Source: Balanoglossus misakiensis
Lineage: Eukaryota > Animalia > Hemichordata
NCBI GenBank assembly: GCA_040954595.2
Contig: CM082585.2
Coordinates: 4,179,358 to 4,243,357, forward strand
Length of the DNA stretch: 64,000 nucleotides
Direction of reading: 5' to 3'
Part shown: in pieces, positions 1 through 12,920 of the stretch
How positions within the stretch are numbered: the first letter of the stretch is position 1
Layout of the letters: every line of letters begins with the position of its first letter
The notes under the pieces: generated by a model
Seen by the model: only the letters and a program-made list of their open reading frames with translations
The model's database searches: none
What the model was told of the DNA's origin: nothing
Program-made: the position numbers and the translations under genes

Positions 1-69
1 AGAACTCGCCCAAAGAAAGATAGTCAGTCTCCTTCTCATAAAGTGTGCACCATCATATAGGGGAAATCC

Positions 70-658
70 GGCGTAGCTGATTTCTACATAATTTGGTAGC
101 TTTGAGGTCACTCTTTCAGAAAAAAAACATGTTCGCCATGTATAAGTCGCGCGATTGTTTACAAAGTCGAGGCAAAGTTGGCAGAATTTTCAATATGGCG
201 TTTACTGTAATTTGAATCATGGGAAAAAAAGCGCCAGGACCAACTTCCGCCCACCATGGTGTGGGTGATACCATTCTCCGATTGGCGACAGACCAGGCGT
301 ATTTTCATAGCTATCGTTTGTTCTTTGCATCAGTTGATAAACAATCATCAGCAAAGTCGAAAATTTGTCATCTATTGACAGTTTTCATGAGCTATAACCC
401 ATTAAAAATATGCAAATACACTTAGCCTGTGACGCAGTGGCACCAATCGGAAAATGGTATCAACCACACCAAGGTGGGCGGAAGTTGGTCCTGGCGCTTT
501 TTTTCCCATGATTCAAATTACAGTAAACGCCATATTGGAAATTCTGCCAGCTTTCCCTAGATTTTGTAAAAAATCGCGCGACCTATACATGGCAAATATG
601 TTTTTTTTCTGAAAGAGTGACCTCAAAGCTACCAAATTATGTAGAAATCAGTTACGCC
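70..658. mobile_element. Non-autonomous foldback/MITE element with ~230-bp imperfect terminal inverted repeats
   Basis: 70-300 (ggcgtagctgatttctacataatttggtagc...) is the reverse complement of ~425-658 (...gctaccaaattatgtagaaatcagttacgcc). No clear TSD and no coding capacity. Confidence 0.8.
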
Positions 659-720
659 AAATACAGTTTGCACTGACAGTGGTCACATTTTCTAACGACA
701 TTTCTTACTGTTTGGTGTAG

Positions 721-1901
721 ATTATGGTTACAGTTGGTCCCTCGGTGGCGCTGTTTTGAGTCTGCCGTACAACACGACTAAGAAATCTGGGGACTTTGTC
801 CCTGGTGAATCACAGGTGAGGTGACTTCTGGTTACAATTTAAACACCAACATTCCGCCATATAAAGGAAGTTATGTGCACACGGTTTTCTTTGTCCAAAC
901 GCTGTGCTCATTGTGTAGAAAAGAATATAAAGTCATATTATTCCCTGAATTCCAATATGGACGTTTTTTACAGGGCCAAGTGCTCCCAAATCTTAGGAAA
1001 TTACACAAGTAGTAAATTAATGCTAAGAAATTAAATGTACTGTGTGTTACAAAATTTGCCCAAAGCTCAGTACAGCTTTTATGTAATAATATGCTAACAA
1101 TGTTAGCTACTTGGTGTGATTTTGATGGTAAACCTATCCGCAAAACAATTCTTCCAGAATTAGTGGTCAGTTACCTTAATGTATTCGGGACATTATCGAA
1201 CTGTGCATATTGGTATTCTAGTATCGAATCATATCACGTGCCCTGCTCTTTAGTTTTTTCAGTTGCCCGAGAGGTCACAGTTTATCAGATGTCATTCAAA
1301 ATTCCTCTGTCCCACAATTGCATCCTCCTGTACCGGAGTGTTCTCTTACATGCACATAGTAAAGGAAATTGAATGTCTGGCTGTTCCCGGAATAAAATAC
1401 TGTTTTCTTTTCAACCTAAAAGTTACTCGTATAATATACTGAGGACAAGTTAGTATAATAAAATTTTAATATTAATTTTTGATATCTGTATTGCAGATAG
1501 TCGAAATGGATGATGGGAGTCTCGTGATGATGTCACGAAACACTTATGCATTCCACTGCCGATGTCGAATCTTTTCGAAAAGTTTTGATTCCGGTATGAC
1601 ATTTCCATTGGAGGAGGTCCAAATTATTGAAGAATTGCCTGATCCAAGCGTGTGCGGAAGTATTCTACGTCATAATGGCGTCATGTATTTCTCTGGTGTG
1701 AACAGCACTACGTCACGGGCCAACGCAATGCTGTGGTGGAGTTTCGACGACGGAGTTACCTGGCCCGGTACACTCCCTATCTACATGAACAGAAGCGCGT
1801 ATTCGTGTCTGACAGCGGTGGACGACAATCACCTGGGTTTGCTTTACGAAAAGGGAAACGACGGCCATATCGCTTTCGCCAAAATCAGACTTCATCCTTG
1901 A
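721..1901 (+). CDS. Sialidase (NEU1-like, GH33) paralog 1, last two exons; 5' exons lie upstream of the window
   Basis: Exon 721-815 (ag|..DYGYSWSLGG..DFVPGESQ|gt) and exon 1497-1901 (IVEMDDGS..MSRN..SFDSGMTF and SFDDGVTW Asp boxes, SAYSCL with catalytic Tyr, LLYEKG). Phases are compatible. Confidence 0.9.
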
Positions 1902-2542
1902 CACAGAAAAAACCTGCTGGTCTTTTTCAAAGTTATAACGACAAGTGATATAATTGTAACTTTTCGCCAAACTTATCCTTTTTGATAGTGGGACTTCCTA
2001 CCAGTTATACTGAGATGCATATTTTCATGAATCTCTTCAGATGTGCTAAGTGCACAAATTGCTAACTACGACTGAAGCAGAAAAAAAGCTGGATTAATCA
2101 TTGGAGAGATGACGACAGCAGTAAAAGACTGAAATATGGAAGATGCAGCAATTCTACTTGTTAGCTTTATATTGCGTTAGTTTTGATGTCCTGACGTTTC
2201 TCTGGACACATGTCACAATGTTGTGGGCGTATCATGATTTAGCTTGATATGGACGGCAATGTTCTTGTTCTCTATTTTTTTTAATAGACCGCTGTCACAG
2301 TTATTTCTATCGTCACTTGTGTAGTTTAATATTTTTGACGACTATTTGAAGTCAGCCATACGGACACGGAAATTTGAGAGAGTTACGTCACAGAATTCTT
2401 TAGTTTCATGGTCATTTTATATCCGAGTTTCATACATTAAAATACTTCACATACGTGTACATTTGAATACATAGTTTTCTCCATTATTATACTGTTTCTT
2501 ATGAAGGCATTAAAGTATTCTAGCTCTAGGCTACCAGCGACT

Positions 2543-4867
2543 TTAGCGAAATCGCAGTTTCACAAAAGATAGTGTCTTATAAGGTCCTAATTCGTAGAGA
2601 AGCCCTATATGGTTTCCGTCAATCGGACTGAGGCATGAATATGCACTTTCTGCGGGCGTGATGACCAGCGCGCCCTGCCAATGTCTCCCATAGTTCGCAC
2701 TCCACTTTATCGTCATGTTGTGGCGGTGATTAGGATTGGACGGGTTGGAGAAGAACATTGTATTGTCATGGAGAATTACGCTTCCCTGGCAGGATGGGTC
2801 CGCCAGAGATTCGTCCACTTGGACTTGTTCCCATGGAAACGAGTCTGCCCCATCGTAACTGCGACTTGTGATGCGGCACTTGCAGTAGAAGCGGTGCTCA
2901 TTTCTGGAGTTGACAAGAATGGACCCGTCAGGAAGTTCTACCAGCTGAAACAAACAGACAACGGTGACTAGACTGTAAGGTACACTTAGTGGTTTGAGGT
3001 ACGAAGCGCCCTCAAACGACTCTACTTTGCAGTCTGTTGAGTGACAGGCATGTAACAAACGCTGACAGAAGTTAGCTATAGAATGCTTAATATGTTTTGC
3101 CGATGTTATCGATTTCAATGTCATGCATTCATGCACATCACATCACATCACATACTTGTGACCAACGGATGTCTGATCATTCGACATTAGCATACAATAT
3201 GTTTTTGAGACGACAGCGAAGTGGTAAGGAAATGCCCCTGCGTGGGTGAATCGACCATGCTATTGTGAAATACATGTACCCGAGACTGGCCTTGTGATGT
3301 CAACAAAACTGTTTTCGATATGTCATACCGAAAGCTCTTGTCCTAGAATATGCATGATGTTTTCCTTTGAATAAATCATTCCCTATTAGTGTCACAAATG
3401 GTAAATGTAATGGACAAACCATTCCTCATGACTGTACAGACTTATTCAGTGACTATCGGTGAAGTCAAAATGAGTTCTGTCCGCATGCATATTTGACGCC
3501 GTCGGGCAATCTACCTTTCTATTCATCCATAGTTTATAGAATACATGAAATACCAGTGGTTTTCTTTCAGACAATCTGATTAAAATCCAATATACAGATA
3601 GGTGGGTCATTTCTCGTCAATCGTATTATGGCCTGCATTTACGCGGTTCTCCCACACTCTCAGAAAACTACCACAGCAGTTCTATGGAAGATCCCCACTC
3701 AAAATGGTTTACACAAACGATCACGGAAAATCACTCAAATTATTCAAATCATGGATATTGCGCATTAAGTTATTCCATTTCTAAGCGTTGTTTACCTGGG
3801 ACTCGTTTACTTCGAAGTCTTTATCGTCATGCGCAGATTCATACGGTATTGAAACCAGTCCGCCTGCCACTTCCCACGTGATGCCGTGATCTGAAACAGA
3901 GTGCGCATGGGTGACGTAATGTGCACGGCTAAAAAAATATCTCTCTAGTTCAAGGTATGCATAAACAGTATCTGGTCAGTACTTGTAACAGGTTGAGAAA
4001 ATATCTGCTATAGGACGTAAATACACATACCATTTCGAACACCATGTCGAAATCTACAAGACTCTATAGAAAATCTGAGAAAATCTCATTTCACGCGATA
4101 TTATGTTGACCCTTATTCACATCGTACCCCATGTCCAGCTTAAAATCTTCGTGAAACGTAATCTGTATTACGTAAATCAGTACACTTTACTCACCATCGC
4201 TGACAATGCATCTCATGGCTATTTGGAGATTGTTTTTGTTTCTCGTGTGTCCACACGATATCAACCTGCCTTTGTGCGGTGGGAATTCCTTCTGTATACC
4301 CACACCGGGACCAGGGATGAAGGATATGTTCTTCAAACCAGAATTGGACGCTCCCAGATTGATCGGTTGCGTCCAGTTCAGTCCCCAGTCATTGCTACGC
4401 AGCATATACACAGTGGGAAGTTTAGACGGATTGCAATTCCAAGATGCACAGTGACCGACCAACAGTAACAAAGATCCGTTAATCTTGTCAACTATGACAG
4501 TTCCCAAGTTATCATAACTGGGTTTTGAATCTGTTGCCTGTAGCAGGTCCACGGGCGACTGCCAGCTGTCGCCTTTGTCCGTGGATCTTCGCATGAGAAT
4601 AGTTTTCTTTCGTGTGTCTGTGTCGTTTGTAGTTCTCCTGCCCTCCACGAAGGCCAACAAATCACCTGTCGGCGTGTTCGTCAGCAGTGGCATACGGTAA
4701 TACCGTGATACCCCCGGGTCTTCACCCGCCGTCCAGAGCGATTCCTCGGACAGAACTTCCAACTTAAAGGCAGTCGTAGATATATCGGAAAACTTCCAAC
4801 TGGAGAACAGTAGAAGACAAAGACATACCAACAATGGACGTGGCAAAGCTTCCATGATGTTGATCAT
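2543..4867 (-). CDS. Sialidase (NEU1-like, GH33) paralog 2, complete, 3 coding exons, N-terminal signal peptide
   Basis: Exons 4867-4195, 3890-3796 and 2944-2543 have GT/AG borders and matching phase. Motifs: YRMP (FRIP motif); Asp boxes STDKGDSW, SNDWGLNW, SDDHGITW, SYDGADSF; NESQ Glu; NSRN and HRHN Arg; SAYSCL Tyr; hydrophobic leader LLVCLCLLLFSS. Confidence 0.92.
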
Positions 4868-5992
4868 GTTTTACCTGAGCCCCGGTACATCTCAATGAGT
4901 ACTCCCTAAGTTCATAATATTTCTAAAATATGCAAAATTTACGGTAAATACACAGCGGTGTCTCCTTTTCGTGATTTCAGCATCATACATCGACAAATAA
5001 TATGTTAATACTAATTCTGGTATTCTCAACCACTTCTCCATTTATCATCGAACTCGTCTTTATCTGACTCATATCGGGAGGCAACTACTAGTATCTGGAC
5101 TTATCGAACGTTACGTAAGCAGGGCAAATTAGGCACCCGTTGCCTTTGGGCCTACAGACCAACGTGAATGAGTAGATTCCAGGTTATATGACCCACAGAA
5201 TTCAGTTTATATTCACAATTATGTTAAATGTAATTTAATTCACCAATATTATGCTGCTATTACAAAACAATTTCAGACATTCCACTCCTGAAGCTCAAAA
5301 GTGGCGTACGAGTCACCATCACTCACTGTCAATGTTCTTTTTTTAAATTTACCGTGCTGTAATTTAAAGGATAACCAAACCAGATAATGTCTTTTGCGAG
5401 GCTCAGTTATTGAATGGTAAGAAGTAAAAACGTTAGGGTGTAACTTCTGTTTCTGTACGATATCTGTCGTGACATTTCATTATAGTTACTAAGTGCAATT
5501 TCTGTGTGAAGACGGAATTAGTCAATATCTGTATGTATACTTGCTGTTTTACAACCGAATACATGTGATGACATGCGACACAAACATGCCAACAGGCCAG
5601 CATTATCTTAAAAGTTATTGTTGTGCGCGGTGCACATATCGACTAGCCAATTCAAATCGAAGATACAAATTCTTGTCAAGATTGCTAATAGAAGTACATA
5701 CATTTCAAAATACAGCATGCCAATGAAACATTGAGTATTCAACATCAAATATACATTTATTTACAACAAATATTTGTTAATATTAGGTCTGACTGTACAA
5801 CAAAGTTAATAAGTTGTTATAAGCATACATGAGACTAGTAAATTGCAGCATCCACCGTCCTTAAATATTAGAGAGGTCGATATGCAACCGAACCACCTGA
5901 AAGTTTTCTAAATGTTTATTTTTTAAGGAACTACTCCAGCTCAGGTTGTTTAAAATAAAACCCACAACGGATCAGGTTTACCACTTAACTCC

Positions 5993-8049
5993 TCAAGACA
6001 TATAAGCTCTGACTGCACTCCTTATCGAGGTACGGCAGAAAGGACACTGCCGGACCTTAGCCGCGCACACGTCACAGGTCACCAAGTGACGACATGGCTG
6101 GAAGAGAATGCACACTTCACGATCCATGCAAATCTTACAGGTTTTCTTTCTTCTCAAAGTTTCCAGTTCATCGAGAATCTCCTTCTGACTGCTCATACCT
6201 GTAAAAGTATGAAATCACCAAATTAGAAGCATGCTAGTATTAAAGCTACAGAAACCAAAGGTGATAGGATAACTCGCATTAATGCTGATTTTAAAAACGG
6301 TATAATGTCTCACGGAATGTCACAGAACAGCATGGAGCAATTTATTTCCCCTTGCATGTCGCCACATTTTGGGACTTCATTATCTTGCATGAAACATTTA
6401 AATATGACATATTTGATTTCTACGTTTGAGCTTACAACAACGAGACACTTAGTCTTGGACATGACGATTGAGCAGTGATGTATATACATTCAGTATATAA
6501 TCACTATATATAACCACAGTACATAACTGCTTACTTTTGCCATTTTACTCAAGAAGTGGTTCTCTCTGAGTTTCTGTATCTCTATTCGAGACAAAACAGA
6601 ACTACTGATAATTGTTTACCTGACGTGAACGAAGATGTTTCGCCAATAAACGATGACGTCACTCCCCCTACAGCGCCAACCAACTCTTCACCCTCTTCCG
6701 CGCCCCCATCACTTTCTCCCGGCGATACATCCGCATTCCCGCCGGTTTGGGATTCCAGATCCCAGACTGCTTGCAACAGATCCCGAGTGCTTTTGAAACC
6801 CTCCCCGCTTCTTTGGACCCTTCTCCTGACAACTTTCTTGACAATGTCTTTCGTGTAGCCCATCTCCAAGACAACTTGAGCGGTGTCAGTTCGCATGAAG
6901 TCATTCACTTTTTGAGCAACTGAAAAGACAGTTGAATAAAATGTTAATGAAAATATATTTTTCATCATCTGATTCTGGTTGACGTGTGGTCACCTACGAC
7001 TGCGTGGACAGTGGCAGGGAAAACCAACAACATTATATTACCATGGCCTGTGCGTCGCCCATGAACTTTGGCTTTCCTCGAGCCCTCGTCAGGGCGTCGT
7101 CCATTATTTCTCTAGCAGACACATCCTCGTGCCAGCCACTCGTCATAGTTTCTGCCTCGAGGAAGATAATGCCACAAAACCAGCGATCGCTTATAGACAC
7201 ACGGAATTGGAATTGGATAAAAATAACATTGATAATTATACAGAATATATTAAATGGCACTTACCTAGAGTTTTGCCTGTCATTGTGCCATTCTTAACTC
7301 GAGTCTGTAAATGAATATGAAAGAACAGACCTCAGTAAGTGAAATACCGTGAATATCAAAGACTCACTGCCAGCCGGCTGTTGCGCTTCTTGCAATGGGA
7401 TTTTATTACTTTAAAAGTCTCTCAAGACAAACAAGCAAACAAACAAAGAAACAAACAATTCATACTGTTTCTACCTGGGGAAATTTTAAAGAGTAAGGTT
7501 GTTACCTATTAGTAAAAACCCCTTTACTATTATAGCTGGGACTTTACGGTTAAATGAGTCACGTCGGATTATTGTGTTTTTACGAGCGGACCAATGAGCG
7601 TATTGGACAAAACTGACGTGTGACTCGCCACGGTGCGGAGTGTCTATGAACTCATTTATGATACAAATGTACTGCTGGTGATTGACTGTAATTGTGCAAA
7701 CAGTCGTTGAGGGCATGATGACTACTGACCTTTTGTTGACTCTCTGTTGGTAAATGTTGACCGCAAGGTTGTGGATACTTGTCAGCCACGTATTCCATAA
7801 AGGCAACTCCTCTGTACTGGCGTACGAATTGGCACCTTGGAAACCATCTGGCGTGTTCTATCCAAGGTATGTCTGTGGGCACCCAATTCCTCAATGCGCC
7901 GTCACAGTGAAAACACGTCCGGTTATCTCCGTTACCTATAAAGGCAGAGATATGCATTAATAAGTATAAACAAATTACACCTACTAACAAGTTTAAAGTC
8001 GTGGTGGTGGTGGTGGTGGTGGTGGTGGTGGTGGTGGTGGTGGTGGTCG

Positions 8050-8083
<34 letters not shown>

Positions 8084-9364
8084 TATCATCATCATTACTA
8101 TGATGGTGGTGGTGGCTGTGGTAATGATGATGAGATCATCTGTTTGGTGTGAGAACAAGTCTTTAGAAAAATATGAATCTAGGAACAGAAAATTCTTGTG
8201 TGCGACACGCAGGTAAACTTTGATTGGATAGAAGAGCAAATGAATTCTAAATCATGATCGGGAGTGATGCCGGGACAAAGGCATCCCCCTTTTCAAAATA
8301 ATTCACATCAAAAGTCCAAACCCTTTCCTTTATAGTTTGATAGTTCATTCATACATTCAGAGAGAGTATTTAATTCTACCTGTGAAGTAAAATCCTGCTT
8401 CTGCCAGATGTTCAAGAGGTATGCTTCCTTTCCATGATTGGCTGAAAGTTGCCAGTCTTGCTGATGCGTCCGAAAGTTCTGGTCGTCTGGGTTTTTCCGC
8501 CCCGGCACGGTGTTCGTGAGGAACCGTAGGGCCTGTATTGACACTGCGTCCTTTGATGTCCTCAAATCGACTGGGATCCCGCGTCGCCAGTCTTTCCGTC
8601 GGTCTGTCGTCTGCTTCCGGTTTTCTGATAGTTAGAAGTCTCATGGGCTCGTTCCCGACGTCTTCACCCTTTGCAAACGGACAAGACGGGAAGTATTGAC
8701 TGTGCACTCTCGACGGCACATCGCCGGCGCGCCAGTTTTTCAGAATACCATAGCAACAGAAGCACTGGACCCTATCATCAGAGCCGCAGTAGTAGAAGCC
8801 AGCCTTCGCCAGATCTTCCGGTAAAGCTGCTGCGTTTCGTGGCCAGTAAATGAATGTCAGTAGTCGCTTATATTCACTTTTCAAAACCCGGTTCGCTTCC
8901 TGTAACTGTGGGCTGTTCTCAATGTCAAGTAACCCAATGTCAAGATAACCAGTTTCACTATTCGCTTTCTTCTTGTTTTTAGGTTTCTTTTTCTTCTTTC
9001 TCCTCCCAGTACTACCACTTCCGTTTGTTTGTTTCGTTTGCTCTTCCTCATCTTCGCTGGACTTTGCCACCGGAGATTCTCTGTTTGCCATCTTGGTCTC
9101 ACCGCCGCCCAAAGGCACGTTGCTTCTGTCTCTCCCTTTCGCGAAATCACACTGTGGATAGAGTTTTCTGTGCACATCCATCGCCGATCCCGTCAGGTCT
9201 TTATCGGTGATTCTCCCATCACAACGGAAGCACACAGTAACACCGTCTTTGCCTGTGTAGTACAGACCCGCTTTAGCCAGCGCTATCGGTGTGATGGACC
9301 CGTTGAAGGCCCATGACACGAATGATGCCAGCCTTCTGGCTTCATAGGTCATGTCAAACTGCAT
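5993..9364 (-). CDS. Inhibitor of apoptosis protein (BIR1-BIR2-BIR3-UBA-RING, no CARD; XIAP/DIAP2-like architecture), ~578 aa
   Basis: Exons 9364-8380, 7935-7730, 7304-7265, 6919-6620 and 6198-5993 join in phase. Three CxxC-x16-H-x6-C BIR motifs, UBA-like VLEMGY, C-terminal RING CKICMD..PCRHLVTCDVCA..CPFCR. ATG placed at 9364 because the ORF-track start at 9397 is TTG. Confidence 0.93.
8001..8130. repeat. Compound (GTG)n(CAT)n microsatellite in an IAP intron
   Basis: Read directly; the paralogous site at 19315-19570 is expanded. Confidence 0.95.
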
Positions 9365-10288
9365 GGCAGCAGTTGCTTTGATTCTGTTACCGTTCAATTA
9401 GGATTCAAGAGATTCGAGTTACTTTGTCTGCTAGTTTGGTATAGATAAATCCAAAAGTCTTCAGATCTATTAAGGTGGAGAGACATATATGAAAACATGT
9501 GCGATTAGCCCAACAAGTATTCTAGTCATATCAATATGCCATACCTATAATGTAAATGATCAGAGAGAAGCATCGCTTTGTAAAGAACTCGTTTTTTTAA
9601 AACTCAAAGACCGACAGAGAAAGCGTTTTAATCACAAGAAGGTGAACTATGACACTGTCACCGCACACTGACAAATATAACCGTTCAGGTTGTAGTTGGA
9701 ATAGGTAAAGCCCGCGGAAGACTGTAATCAACTGTGTTACGCATGTAACTAAAAATACGTGTTGAGCCACATGACAACATTCGACGAAAATTTGTAAACA
9801 AAATTCAACGAAATGACCAGAAATCAAGTATCGGAATTACATGATACAGTCTTCGAACCTCCCTCCACGCAACAGGTTGACTACAAATGATTCACTCATA
9901 GTCATACACTCTGCAGTACTCCAGAATGAGTACAAAATAGCACGTTCGTGTTTAGTTATTTCCGAGGTTTGCATTGTGTCCTCCCCTCCTCCTGTTAATC
10001 AATAGCATTGGACATGTTGGATAAACGTGGGTTTGAAGTAGGTTTGGTTAAACAAATATGAGCGACCCCCCCCCCCCCCCTTGTGGACGGTGTATAATAC
10101 TTGACCTACGAATCTGAAGACGTGTCCCGGGCGACGAGGTGCACTGGAGTGTACAGACGATGGACAAAATCGACCGTTTAGAATTCGGACAGTCGGCCCA
10201 AGTCATGAAACCAAAGATCTCATAAATAAAACAGTTTTCAGGGGTTTTACTAGGCGTAATGGGACCGAACGATCAAACGTGTCACACC

Positions 10289-10300
10289 GGGGAAAACCCC
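10289..10300. promoter_or_regulatory. Candidate NF-kB (kB) site upstream of the IAP coding region
   Basis: GGGGAAAACCCC fits the kB-type consensus. A weaker GGGGTTTTAC lies at 10241-10250. Both are kept in the duplicate (main site at 25458-25469). Function is inferred. Confidence 0.45.
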
Positions 10301-10566
10301 AACGAGAAAAACCTGGCTTTGCGCGCGCAGTCGCCTAAATAAGACGTTGTTTATTGCCTTTATCTCGCTGTTCTGCACCATTAAAAATCATTTGAAAATG
10401 TGTTTTAACATTTATACTTAAACTGAATTTATTATATTTCACTACTTACGTTAACAGCCAACTGCACAATATATAACACTGTTCACAGACTTTGCGAAAT
10501 GCGTAGACTATAACGTCGCGGTGTGTATGGAGGATTTTCCATGGACAGCGATAAACATTTCTTAAA

Positions 10567-11185
10567 TTTTTTAGGTCCCATTGGTTTTTACCATTGGACC
10601 TTATGGGATCGGTTGCGTCTGTATGTATGGATGGATGTATGGATGGATGGATGTATGGATGGATGGATGTATGGATGTATGTCTGTATGTCCGTCCACAT
10701 CAAAAACTTGAAAACCGCTGCGCGTATAACCTCGATATTTGGTGTGCAGATGCAGGCCGGGCTGTAGATGGGAGTTTGTTCAAATGAAGTTGTCATAGCC
10801 AAAAATATGCAAATTAGCTGGAAAAATGTGAATTTGGTCAAAACTCAATAACTCAAGAACTACTGGTCAGATTGCTTTGCAAAGTGGTGTGTATTAACTT
10901 TATTGAGTTGTTTTAATTAGGCAGGAACTCCCTCCTGTGTTTCATATAAACACAGCAAATTCCTGAATGATTACATAACTGGCTAAGTTTTATAGAGGCC
11001 AGCTGTTCTATTTAGTGTATGTACAGTACATATGCCATTGGCAGCGTATGGGTCAGTCAGTGTTTGCCCATTGATCTCTCTCTCTGTGTGTGTGTGTGTC
11101 TGTCTGTATATGGCAATGTACTCCGGTGTAGACTTTTTCTTGTGTAATCCCTCAATGGGACCGCCGTGTCCTTGACGCGATTTTT
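10567..11185 (-). mobile_element. Helentron-associated non-autonomous element (HINE/DINE-1-like)
   Basis: Ends lie in T-tracts, with a subterminal ggtccca/tgggac inverted repeat, a terminal hairpin and an internal (TGGA)n microsatellite. Both ends match the element at 32701-34171 in opposite orientation. Confidence 0.7.
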
Positions 11186-12920
11186 AATAATTAAAACATT
11201 TTAAAGTTTAGAGTGTTACTTACATGATGGCAATTGGCATATGTTCACGATTCTAATTGCAATAGGACAGTCACCGTCCTGCAAGTGTGACGAGTTTCAT
11301 CTGTGTGATAGGTAGCCTATATGTGCAGGTGGCCTGGTCTTGTTTACGTTCTATAGTGTACATACGTAGGCATATATACGCTTACAACTAGTCTGATATG
11401 GCAGTCTGAGACATAGTGCGCACCACGGTTGTTATAACAGCTATTACGCTTACGTGTTGTACTCTCTGTAATGTGTCTGTCGAAATCTCTTTACAATAGA
11501 CGTTTGACTGTCAATGTCAAATGGTCTTACGATCACTTCGAAAACTGACACTGCAGGTATTCTGGGGCCTCAGAAACAAAACGGTAGTTGTATGCCGTGA
11601 TGCGTATGTTTACTGCCGGGGTTTTCTGTAGGCTGATTCAGACGAATCATACATGAGTCATTACAGACGGCTCCATGTTCTACACCTGATGTAGGCTCAA
11701 CGGCTATCATTTTGACGTCGCCGACTTCAGAATTATGCACCCGACAGGCGCGGCGTGTAAGATTTGTTGACGGCAAAAATTACCACCAAAACGCAAACGC
11801 AGAGCTGGGCTTATATATATAATGCGTCGCGGAGATGGCATGCTATGTTTGTACGTGTCGTTCAATTTTGTTATGCTTTCGTTCCGGCACGACGTTCTCA
11901 AAGTGTAAAGTTCTTACTTCAAAGTTTAAAGGATCTGTTCTCAAGTTGCATTGTTTTGTATATTTCATTCGTCGGTTTCGCAAGATGATCGCCATGGTCA
12001 CGCATGGTTCTAGTCAGTGTAATGATGACACAACTTCCGTCTGCCACCACGGGCAAGCGCGGTCAGCAGATCAGGGGAATTTTCCAAAACGATCGATAGC
12101 TCTTTTTGGTTCGGGTGTCTGTGATAACGAGTAAAATGAAGTTAATTTGCACTCTTCCGGGCGGTACTCTCTACTGTCCACCAAAACACGATTATAACAT
12201 TTCAACTGATTCGGACAGCAACGAAAAATGCTCAGTATACCTATCGGATTCACGTAATATTTGCGGACCTGGATAAACATATCATGTGCCACATAGCAAC
12301 TTAATTTTTTTAAGAGTAAATATTTTATAATTCATACATAGCAGCACTGCGATACATAATCTAAATAATTGAAAAAGGATAATCATAGAAATGTAGATAT
12401 GAATAAAAATAACATCGCAATGTCAACAATAACTTTCGTTTCACAACATTTCTATTTTTTTATAATTTCACAAACTTAATTAAAATTTGTATACGGCATA
12501 TCTAATAGAATATAAAGTTATTATTAAGTGATATTATCTTATTTACAAACATAAATTTATATGTAACGCCACTCACCATATGTTTCGTATAGGCCTAAAT
12601 AATATCATAGCTCCAAGTCTAGTCAGGCCCCGGCGAAGATATTTTCAGCAGTTATCTTGGTCGCACACGGCCCACTCAGACTTTGCCCTGCTCAGACTGT
12701 GCTGGTTATTGACACCAATAACACAGTAATTTATGTGGGTGTGGTGACTATCACGAGGGTAGTATTGTTCGCTCTCTGTGGAACTGGCACACCAATCGTC
12801 CACAGATCTTTCTCAAGCCAAAACGTGACAGAAACGAAAATGCCAGGGTTTCTGTTACTGGCCCAATAATCAGTTCTGAAAGATGCGACGTGCCATGAAG
12901 GTCTAAAGTCATGTTCTCAT

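Noticed and set aside
7033-7260. Possible additional IAP exon
   Set aside because: The splice phases I could find would break the frame, and the flanking exons already join in phase.
9365-9397. ORF-track start MNGNR for the IAP
   Set aside because: It is a TTG codon; the first ATG is at 9364.
11200-12900. Short ORFs and CpG-richer patches upstream of the IAP
   Set aside because: I could identify no motif, splice-consistent exon or terminal repeat.
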